Source: Glaucostegus cemiculus (taxonomy: Eukaryota). Taken from it: a stretch of DNA of 64,000 nucleotides. The stretch covers positions 30,318,001 to 30,382,000 of the forward strand of contig CDPCPM010000106.1 of NCBI GenBank assembly GCA_976551045.1, given 5' to 3'. The notes beneath the pieces are model-generated. The model worked only from the letters and a program-made list of their open reading frames with translations, was not told the DNA's origin and did no database searches. Positions 1-9,679 of the stretch are shown one piece after another. The position numbers and the translations under genes are program-made. How positions within the stretch are numbered: the stretch's first letter is position 1; each line of letters opens with the position of its first letter.

Positions 1-1497
1 CTCAGAATTGATGAGGTGGAGTCCCCAAACACTGCAACACCATGGGGAGGGGGAAAATACCTGGACATGGATCTCCAGGAGGCAGTCACACCCTTAGATT
101 AACTACCTCTAAACTGGACAATGGTCAGGGACAGGATGGTGTGACTGCAGAAGAGGCAGGTAGAGGGATCCAGAGGATAGTTCCAGCAAAGCCTCGGTCC
201 TTTCCCTGGTCCAACAGGTACTAGATTCTTGCTCCCTGTGTGGGCAATGGTGGGGACTGCAGGGGGGATCTGCAAACTGTGCACAGCACAAGGGGCAAGG
301 GGAGCCATTCAAGTGAGGGGGGGGGTAAAGAGAAATGTGGTGGTCATAGGGAAAAGCACGGTTAGGGGAACAGAGACTGTTAAACATCTATTGTTAGCAA
401 GATGCTAGAGTCAATAATCAAAGAGGAAATAATATATAATCAAATCTCGCCTACAGATTTCTTGGATTCTTTGGTGATGTGACAGGCAGAGTTGGGTCCT
501 TTTCAGGTGGGACAGATGTAACTGCTGGACTGTCCTGGGATCAGTTCTTGGCCTTCATTTGTTTACTTCTTACATTAATGACCTGGATGAGGGAACAAAG
601 TGTAAGGTTTGCCCATGATATGAAAGTAGGTGGAAGGGCTTGTTGTGATGAGGACATTATGATTCTGCAACTGAATATAGATAGATTGAGTAATAGGATA
701 AAAACCTGGCAAATGGAGTTTACTGTGGGGAAGTGTGAGGTCATGCACTTTGGTAAGATGAATCAAAAGGCAGATCGTTATCTAACAGGAGAGACACTGC
801 AAATGATCTGAGTGTTTCAGTGCATGAGTCACATAAAGTTGGTAGTCAGGTCCATCAAGTAGATGATAAGGCAAACAGCATGTTGATCTTTATGGTGAAG
901 GGGTTGGAGTTTAAAGATAGGGAGGATTTGTTACAGTGGGACAGGCTATTGAATGCTGGAAAATGGAGTACAGTTTTGGTCCCCTTAAAAAAGGATATGG
1001 TAACACAGGATGCAGTCCAAAGGAAGTTCAGCAGGTTAATTCCTGGGATGAGAGGGTTGTCCTATCAAGAAGGGTAGACAGTTTGGGTCTGTATACTTTT
1101 GGAGTTTAGGGGAATGAGGGGTGACCTTATTCAAACATATAAGATCCTAAGGAGGCTTGTCAGGGTGGATGTTGAGATGTTTTCACTAGTGGGAGAGCTA
1201 CAACAGCGGGACACAGCTACAAAATAAGGCGCTGGTCATTTAAAACTGAGCTGTTTAGAAATTTATTCTCTCAGAGGGCAGCAATTCTCTGGAATTCTCT
1301 ATCCCCAAGTGTGGTGGAGGCTGGATCATTAGATTTATTTAAGGTGGAGATAGAAAAAAATTTGAAAGAGCGAGGAATTCAGGGTGATGGGGAACTGGCA
1401 CAGGAGCTGAGGCCAGCAAAGATCAGCCATGGTCATATTCAATGGTGGGGCAGGTTTACAGAGCAAGTGGCCTCCTCCTGCTCCTATTTTCTTGTGC
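1..1497 (+). mobile_element. Decayed, internally deleted CR1 LINE
   Basis: ORF1-like remnant at about 100-390; RT C-terminal remnants (FAHDMKVGG, WQMEFTVGKCEVMHFG, AVQRKFSRLIPGM); CR1 tail GGCCTCCTCCTGCTCCTATTTTCTTGTG near 1470-1497. Confidence 0.85.
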
Positions 1498-1534
1498 CCT
1501 CTCCCTCAGTGTTCATTGGAGGCTCAGTCATTGA

Positions 1535-1900
1535 AATCAAAACAAAAAATGCTGACAATGCTCAGTAGCTCAGGCTGGATTAATGGGAGAGAAACAGTGA
1601 ACGTTTCAGGACAGAGACCCTTCATCAGGCATCAAGTTCATTAAAAACATGAAATAATAGAAAACTAGAAAAAACCTGCAGATGCAGGGAATCTAAACGA
1701 AAAACAGAAAATGCTAGAAGTACGCAGCAGGTCAGGCCGCATCTGTGGGAAGAGAAACAGAGTTGAAGATACAAGAGACTGTAGATGCTGGAATCTGGAG
1801 CAAGAAAACAAACTGCTGGAGGAACTCATTGGGTCAGGCAGCTTCTGTGGAGGGAGAGGGAATGTGGACATTTGAGGTTGAAGACTTTTTGTTGGAACTG
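1535..1900 (-). mobile_element. Cluster of short Penelope-derived terminal fragments
   Basis: Repeated GATGCTGGAATCT / TGCTGGAGGAACTCA...GGTCAGGCAGC modules, with a hammerhead-like core on the - strand at 1595-1630. Confidence 0.65.
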
Positions 1901-2304
1901 GAAGGGCGACAAAAGAAGTTTGTTAACCTGCGGGAGAGATGGGTTGGGGCAGGAAGATGGGGGATGTCTCTGAGGGTAAAGCCGGAGTGGTAATGGGGAA
2001 TGATACAATTCTGTAAATTAGGGAAATCAAGGAATAGGAGGATATTTCCCTCTGGTCTCTGGTGTTGAGCTGGAAGATCAGACATGATCTTGATTAATGT
2101 GGAGCAGACTTAAAAATGGCCAAATGACAAATGCTGTTTAATAACACAATTTAAAAGACATTTGGATAAGAACATGGATAAAAGGGGTTTAAAGGGATCT
2201 GGGCCAAACACAGGCTAATGGGAATAGCTTTGGACTAGCACCATTATTGACATGGACATATTAGGTCAAAGGACCAGTATCTGTGCAGTATTACTCTATG
2301 ACCT

Positions 2305-3010
2305 CTAACAAGCTTCTACAGATGTACTGTTGAAATTATCTGACTGGTTGCATCATGGTCTGCTACAGCAATTGGGAATGCACAGGAATGTAAGAAGCTG
2401 CAGAGAGTAGTGGACTCCACCCAATACATCATGGGCACATCCCTCCCCACCTTCAAAATTAGCTACAGGAGGTGCTGCCTCAAGAAGGCAACACTCATCC
2501 TCAAAGATCCTCACCATCTGGACTATGCCACTTTGTTACAGCTACCATTGGGCAGGAGTTACAGAAGCCTGAAGTCCCACACCACCAGGTTCAAGAACAG
2601 CTGCTTCTTGTCAACCATTTAGTTCTTGAACTAACTGGCACAACCCTAATTGCTACCTCAGTATAGCAACACAACACATGACCATTGTACTACAATGAAC
2701 TTTTTTTTGTTCTAATTGTATTCTTTCTTATACATGCTGCTCAACTGATGCTAAGTGCCTGTGAAGCTGCACAACACATGACCATTGTACTACAATGAAC
2801 TTTTTTTTTGTTCTAATTGTATTCTTTCTTATATATGCTGCTTAACTGATGCTAAGTGCCTGTGAAGCTGCACAACACATGACCATTGTACTACAATGAA
2901 CTTTTTTTTGTTCTAATTGTATTCTTTCTTATATATGCTGCTTAACTGATGCTAAGTGCCTGTGAAGCTGCTGTAAGCTTGTCATTGCACCGTGCATACA
3001 TGTGCATATA
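2305..3010 (+). mobile_element. Rex1/Babar-like LINE 3' fragment
   Basis: FYRCTVE...; ORF 2410-2622 IMGTSLPT...KDPHH...LPLGRSYRSLKSHTTRFKNSCF. Confidence 0.8.
2671..2971 (+). repeat. Three tandem copies of a ~100-bp unit within a LINE 3' tail
   Basis: ACAACACATGACCATTGTACTACAATG...GTGCCTGTGAAGCTGC begins at 2671, 2771 and 2872; copies are nearly identical. Confidence 0.95.
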
Positions 3011-3359
3011 ATATCTCGATTTTGACCTTCTATTTCTTATGTCCTAGTCCCTTTAAAGATCCATGCCCAGGAACCCCCCTCCCCAGCTCCTATACACACG
3101 TTAGACCGGCACTCGTAAACCCGTAGATGCTTCTGCCAAACTGTATCACCCCACGTTCCCCTGCCTTCAGGACTACCAGCCCCTGCCCTGCCCAGCCCAC
3201 TCTGCAAGCCTGCGTCCTGTTACAGTTTCGACCTCACCACAGCCTCAAGTTTGATATAAAACAACTGTGTTGCTCAGTCCCAACAGAGGACCAGTCATCT
3301 GGTTCAGGTCACCGCGCTGTTAATTAATTCACAGGCACCCTTATCCTTCTCACCCACTG

Positions 3360-3600
3360 GGTTTATTGCCGGAAGAGCTCCGATTGGTTCATTTGGGGGC
3401 GGTGGGCGTGTCCTTTAACCTCCTGTTGCGCGGTGCATGCCGGTGGTTGGTGTTCCCCTCCGGCGGGGCTGAGTGCCCACAGCCGCACCCCGCACTACAA
3501 CCCCCAGAGGCCACCGCGCCGCCCGCGCATGCGCAGAGCCGGGCGATTAGTGTCAAAAAGTTGCGTCAGCTGGGATCCCTGAATTGTTGCAAGGAGGGTT
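3360..3600 (+). promoter_or_regulatory. Distal CpG-rich promoter of exon 1a
   Basis: ETS core CCGGAAG 3369-3375; inverted CCAAT 3383-3387; GC-box-like GGGGCGGTGGGCG about 3396-3408; ZNF143/SBS-like ACTACAACCCCCAG 3494-3507; perfect NRF1 CGCGCATGCGCA 3524-3535; C/EBP-ATF-like TTGCGTCA 3561-3568. Confidence 0.75.
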
Positions 3601-3965
3601 TCACTCCCTAAAGTCAATGCTGCTCGGCTGAAGGAGTCCCGTTACCGCAGGAGTGGTGGTAAAGTTTGCAAACGTTTTATTAATGTTGCAATAAGTCCAA
3701 GTAATGTTACTCCAAGGGAATTAATTAAATCTTTATTTCCCAACGTTAAAAGTTTCCGCTGGTGTTCAGGTGAAGTTTGCAATGCACAGTGTTACTGCAC
3801 AGGGATTGTTGTTAATGCATTCAAATTAATGCAGAGTTTCAGTCTTTAAAAGTAAGGACTTAATGCAAGGTTTTAGAATGGCGAGGCAGCTTTCAATGCA
3901 AAGTTCAGGTTTCATGTTTCCGCTGCAGTTTCCGATGAGGTGTGGGCACTGACTGAGGACCTGCC

Positions 3966-4247
3966 ATGTCGCTGGAGCGGGGGGACCAGGAGCTGAGGAA
4001 GTGCAGCGAGCTGCTGCAGAGCCGGCAGTGGGAGAGCCGGGCGGCGGCCATGGACAGCACCGCCCGCACCGTGCTCGGCTGCCTGGATGCGCGCCGGCAG
4101 GAGCAGGGAACCGAGCCGCCGCCGCCGCCGCCCCTGGAGCCGCCGGCCGAGCTCCAGCCGCTGCTGTTGCTGTTGCTCCGCCTGTCCTGCAGCTGCCCGT
4201 TCGCCGACATCCGAGAGAGGAGTGCAGCTATCCTGAAAATGGTGCAG
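3966..4247 (+). CDS. SESN2: Sestrin (SESN2-like) alternative first coding exon 1a, long N-terminal isoform, 94 codons
   Basis: gccATG at 3966 in a CpG-rich region; encodes MSLERGDQELRKC...LLRLSCSCPFADIRERSAAILKMVQ, resembling the long human SESN1 N-terminus (LLMLSKRCPFKDVREKSEFILKSIQ); canonical CAG|GTAAGT donor at 4247/4248, phase 0, in frame with the exon at 52998. Confidence 0.88.
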
Positions 4248-4261
4248 GTAAGTGCATCCCG

Positions 4262-4720
4262 GCTTTGGTTTATTGTTGTCACACTTACCCAGATACAGTG
4301 GGGAAAACCCTTGCATGCCATCCACAAATACACCGAAGTAGTGCAGACAAAACAAGGCAGAATAGAGTTACAGAGAAAGTCCAAGGGCCAAGATGAAGTA
4401 GATTGGGAGCTCAAGAGCTTACACTCTGTCTTATGGGAGGTCTGATAACAGTGAAATAGAAGCTGTCCTTGAGCCTAGTGGTACTTGCTCTCAAGCTTTT
4501 GTATCTTCTGTCTGATTTAGGGTAGGGAAGAGAGAATGGGTGGGAGGGGTCTCTGATTGTATGGGCTTGTTTTCCTGAGGCAGTGGGAGGTGTAGGAGTC
4601 CATGGCTGGGAGGCTGGTTGGTATGATGGACTGGGCTGTGTTCACAGCTCTCTGCAATTTCTTTTGCAGTTGCTATACCAAGCTATGATACCTTCATATG
4701 GGATGCTTTCTGTGGAGTTG
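4262..4720 (-). mobile_element. Rex1/Babar-like LINE 3' tail immediately after the exon 1a donor
   Basis: TTGGTTTATTGTTGTCAC end and TAGAAGCTGTCCTTGAGCCTAGTGGTAC motif, shared with copies near 37440, 58340 and 61950. Confidence 0.75.
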
Positions 4721-5151
4721 CTGAATGTTTGGGGTACAGAAAAATGCTGTTTGTCTTGGTGTAAAGCAATGAACCCTGCTCCCGTTCCCCACAGCTGTCC
4801 TCGTGACTTGAAGGTGCTGGTTGCAATGAAAAGGAAATATGTATTTATCTGTCATACCTTTGTCTAAAGTTCTGTGTAAACTTGAATTTGTTAATCTTCT
4901 AAGAAATAAAATAAGAGACTGCAATGAGGAGTGTCTGGCAGAGGCTTTAGGCAGTGAAGTTGGATCAAGTTCACATTGGTTAGTGTTTCCTTGTCACTTG
5001 CTGCAAACTGTGCTCAGAATCTTAAATGTGTTCCTAAGTTTGCACTCTGCTATCTAAACCTGTCATGATACTTTTCAAATTCATGTAACTTCCTGTCCCT
5101 TTTTTTCTCTCCCGATATACCCAGTTCTTCCTACACCTACCCCAGCCCCCA

Positions 5152-5682
5152 TCAGAATCAGTTTTATTGTCACAACCATATACATACATGGTATGCATAG
5201 GAGCGAGATACTGTCCTCCTCAGGTGCTCGTCCCATTAAAAAAAAAATAACATAACAACCAACAGAGAGACACATACACACTTGGCAGAATACTCAGTAC
5301 AAAACATTACACATTAGAAGCTATGGAGATTGAAATTAAATTATTACGCAGATTAAATTAAAAATAGCCAGTAAATAAATAAATAGTTCTTAAAGTGAAC
5401 GGGCTGGTGTCGGAATTTAAAGTGCTGGTGCATTTCTGTGCACCTAGCATCTCTTAGTGTTAACAAAGGAAGATGGAGGGATGAGTGAGTTTGCAGTTCT
5501 GATAGCTTGCGGAAAGAAGCTATTGTTCAGCCTAGACGTTCTTGCCCTGATACATTTAAGCCTCCTCCCTGATGGCAAAATTGTGAAGAGGTGGTGGGAG
5601 GGGTGAGAAGGGTCGGCCATTATGCTTTTGGTCTTCCTCACACAACGGTCTTTGTATATGTCTGCGAGGGATGGAAGCAAGA
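5152..5682 (-). mobile_element. Rex1/Babar-like LINE 3' fragment of a different subfamily
   Basis: ORF 5444-5680 LPSLADIY...ADPSHPSHHLFTILPSGRRLKCIRARTSRLNNSFFPQAIR. Confidence 0.85.
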
Positions 5683-6011
5683 CACCTATGATCCACTCCG
5701 CAGCCCATCAGTCTCTCACTCTACCCATCTGCCCACCACCTCCCTCCCTCGATTCCATGCCCCACCTTTTCCTATCAGATTTCATCATCTGCAGCTCTCT
5801 GTCACCTCCACCTATCACCTCACAACCTCTGTCACTATTTCCACTCTCCCTTCCTCCATCTGCCTATCACCCCTCCTCACCTGGATCCACCAATCACCTG
5901 CCAGCTCTTGCTCCACCCCTTCCTTCTACATTTTTATACTGGTTACCTCGCTTCTACCTTTCTGTGCAGATGAAGGGTCTCAACCTGAGACATTGACTAT
6001 CTATCTCCTTT

Positions 6012-6730
6012 TAGAGTCATAGTTATACAACATGGAAACAGGCCCTCCAGTCCAACTGGCCCATGCCAACCAAGGTTCTCATCTAAACTAGTCCCTTTTG
6101 CCCATGTTTGGCCCATATCCCTCTAAACCTTTCTTATGCATGTATATGTCCAGTGTCTTTTAAATATTGTTAATGCCTCAACCCTGGCAGCTCATTCCAT
6201 ATACTGACCACTGTCTGGGTGAAAAAGTTGTCCTTCTGGTTCCTATTAAATCTCTCCCCTCTCGCCCTGAACCAATGCCCTCTAGTTCTTGATTCTTGAA
6301 ACATGGGAAGAAGATTGTGCACATTCACCCTATCAATGCCCCTCATGATTTAAACCACCTCCATAACGTAATCACTCATTCTCCCATGCTCCAGTGAGCA
6401 AAGTCCCTGCCCATCCAATGTCGTGCCTTGAATAAAGGTGTGACATTAGCCACCCTCCAGTCTTCTGGCACTTAACTTGCGGTGAATGATGATGTGTACA
6501 TCTCAGCCAAGGCTCCTGCAATTTCTTCTCTAGCTTCCCACAGTGTTCTCAGGTATACCTGATCATGCCCTGAAGATTTCTCTACTTTCACATGCTTGAA
6601 GACATCCAGCATCTCCTCTGTTGTAATGCAGACTGTCCCTGAGACGTCCTCATTAACTGTCTCAAGTTCCAAAGTTCCATGCCTTTCTCCATGATATCTC
6701 TGTCCTTCTCTGTAACAATGCTGAATCAAA
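6012..6730 (-). mobile_element. CR1 3' fragment joined to an internal ORF2 fragment
   Basis: Reverse tail AGAGTCATAG...GAAACAGGCCC; ORF 6472-6729 carries KSSGHDQVYLRTLWEAREEIAGALA, a CR1 ORF2 motif. Confidence 0.8.
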
Positions 6731-7529
6731 CTCCATGATGATCATTACCACAATAGTGCTATCCCTCTGGTATTCCTGTCCAACTTCAGTCCCTGAGTCC
6801 AGACGGAACACCACCTCCTCGCACTGCCACCACCTCCAGCACCAACCACACATCCCCTCCCCCTTCAACTCCCCCACACGTCAGCAAACATCTTCACGAA
6901 TGGCACGGGCGTACACAAAATCAGCTATCTGGGCAGAGATCAGCATATTCAATGCTGCCCAACTCTGTGGCTCTTGGTGCTGTTGAGTATCGGCCTTGCT
7001 GACATCCTCTGAGATGCTGTGGTTCACAGAGAAGCTGGCGTGAGCCATCAATAATCCTGCACCCACCCATCTGTCGCAGCTCTCCGTCAGATGCTGCCTA
7101 ACCTGCTCCTCCAGATTTTTTGCTCCAGATTCTAGCATCTACAGTCTCTTGTGTTTCCTTAATTTTCTTTTTTAACCCTGCTGGTAAAATTCCCCTCAAC
7201 CAAATTTTCTCCAGTAGAACAACCCTGGCTGCTTGTGTCTAACCCTGTGATACAAAGCCATCATCCCTAGAACCATTGAGGGAAGCTTCCTCTGCATCTT
7301 TCTAACATCATCCTGTATGTGTGGTGACCAGAACTGTGTCCAATACTTAAGTTATGGCCTATCCAATATTTTGTACAAGTCCAAGGTCATTCTTAATGCT
7401 CAGTCTTTTTTTTTGAATTCCCAAGATCCCAGATGCTTTACAGAATTGTTTTGAGCAAATTCTTCCACTTTTGAGGATTTATGCATGTATCACCAGGTCT
7501 CTTGGTACTTATTTGTATTAGGTGTTACC

Positions 7530-8600
7530 TGCTGTTTGTCCATTTGAACAGCCTACCTACATGTTCCACAACCAGATTGGTATTCCCCTCCCTGTCAGCA
7601 TTTTGAGGGACTGCTCCCCTTGCAATTCCCTGGTCTACTCCTCTGTTCCCACCTACTAGTCCCTGTCATATGGCTCTCCAGTGTAACCACAGGAGGTGCA
7701 CTACCTGCTCTTTCATCTCTCCTTTCCCCCACCCAGGGACCCAAACAGTCTTCCTAGGCAAGGCCATGATTTACTTGCACATCTCCCCATCCAGTGTACT
7801 GCATTTGGTGCTCACAATGAGGCCTCCTCTGCCAGGGAGAAAACAAACACTGATTGGATGCTCACTTTGAGGAGCTTCTTCAAGGAGAACAGTCCACAGG
7901 AGTGACTCTGAGCTTCCTGTTGCCTGCCACTTTAGTTCTTTATCCCACTCTCACTTTGACCTTCATGCATTGTTACAACGAAGCCTGGTGCAAGTGAGAG
8001 GAAGAGCACCTTGTCTTCCATTGGGCATGTTGCAGCTTACAGAAACCAATATTGAGGTGTCCAGCTTTAGATAACTTGGCCTTTCTTTGCATCAGATGTG
8101 GTCATTTTTGCCTGCCATTGCTGTCTTCCTTTTCCCTTCATCTGCATATTCTGGTCTGCCTGGACATGTTCCTGCAAGCCAGACTATACAAATCACACCA
8201 TCAGCACAATACACAAGGGAGTTTAATAACTACATTATTTCACCCAATCAGAGGGATTCTTTGTTTTGCCCACTGCCCTTCCCACCCTCACTCCCAATGT
8301 TCTCTGCCTCCTAACTTAGCTTGCCCTGTCCTGATGAAGGGTCTCAACCCAAAATGCCAACTGTTTATTTCTGTCTGTAGATCCTGCCTGACCTCCTGAG
8401 TTCCTCCAGCATTTTGTGTTGCTCCAGATTCCAGCATCTGCAGTCTCTCTTGTGCCTAACTTGCTCTGTTTCTTGGCCCTTACGAAAGGTCTCAGACCTG
8501 AACCATTAAGTTTTTTTCTCCTTTCACAAATGCTGCCTAACCTGCTGAGTGTTTCCAACATTTTCTGTTTTTAAGTCAGATTTCCTGTATCTGCTGTTAT
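7530..8600 (+). mobile_element. Decayed Penelope-like element: GIY-YIG endonuclease remnant and terminal repeat
   Basis: Broken frames give CNHRRCTTC, QGPKQSS, FTCTS, YCIWCSQ-GLL-GE-K, LPVACHF, REEEHLVF, as in Penelope GIY-YIG C-termini; followed by the CTGATGAAGGGTCTCAACCC terminal motif at 8331. Confidence 0.8.
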
Positions 8601-9679
8601 CTTAATTTTCTATCTATAATCTTTATTGTTTGGGGTCTCTGGCAGAAGATTCCCCTTTTCTCTCCCCCACCTCCCTCCACCATGCCGCTGTAGCCTCTGG
8701 TGCACTATCTGCTGAGCTTCAAAGCTTAAACTTCTTAAAGTATTGTCTGGCCTGTCAAATTCATGCTGGATGTTTAAGCATTTGACAAAGATGGATGTAC
8801 ATATTTGCCTTTATGCTAGTCAATTGTATAAAAGTGTGTTTTTTTTAAAATTTTTTTCTTATTTGGGTGAAAGCATTAATAGACTCTCTGCAGCTGACCA
8901 AGAGATAGCTGGTGTGCAAGACAGATGTTGCAACTGCAGCAGTGGTCATTTTCAGTTTTACTGCTTGAAACCAGATGTCTGAAGTTTAATGAACTGAGCA
9001 ATGGTTCAGTTGCAAATCCTGGCTGTCTGTGTTGTCCTGTTTGATGGAATGTTAGACAAATATCCAAAAGCTGTCCTTTGTAATTGAAGGGGAAAGATCT
9101 AAAATTAGATACTAGGTTGAATTGCAGTGTCGTGTGATACTGTGACAATGTATTGAATGATACTAATGCTAGCATTCAACAAAAGTAGCAGTAGAGTCTT
9201 TATTGCTCTGTTCTGATTTAACTGTGTTGGTTCTGGACTGAAGGAACTCCTGTTATTTCCCACCTCCATCTGATTTTCCCCCCCCCCCCCCCCTTCAAAT
9301 AATGAGTGAAGTCTAGACAACTCACTTCGTACATGTGATTTTGGGGCTCCTGAGCAGACAAGTAAAATTCATGCACGAGACTTTAGATCCTGGAATCTGG
9401 AGCAACACAAAATGCTGGAGGAACTCAGCAGGTCAGGCAGCATCTCCAGAGAAATGGACAGTCCAGCTGAAGGATCTTGACCTGAAATGGACAGTTGACA
9501 TATCTCTTTAGATGCTGCTTGACCCACTGAGTTCCAAAAGCATTTTACACGTTCATCTATGCAGTTTCTGGTCTAACATTGATTAGCCTGTTTAACATTT
9601 TCCTACATCACCCTTGATTCTGTTCAAGAGCAAAAAAATCATTGGTTACACTTTTTCTTTGCAGGATTGAGGCAGGTGT

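Noticed and set aside
3905-4414. Antisense ORFs over exon 1a (169 and 147 aa)
   Set aside because: Shadow frames of a GC-rich coding exon, with no recognisable homology.
4248-4445. C-terminal extension of the 159-aa ORF 3966-4445
   Set aside because: Read-through past a canonical GTAAGT donor into a LINE tail; sestrin similarity stops at the donor.
8162-8181. Candidate p53 response element GGACATGTTC-CTGCAAGCCA
   Set aside because: The second half-site has three mismatches and lies inside a Penelope remnant; other perfect half-sites (about 33380, 52599, 57358) lack partners.
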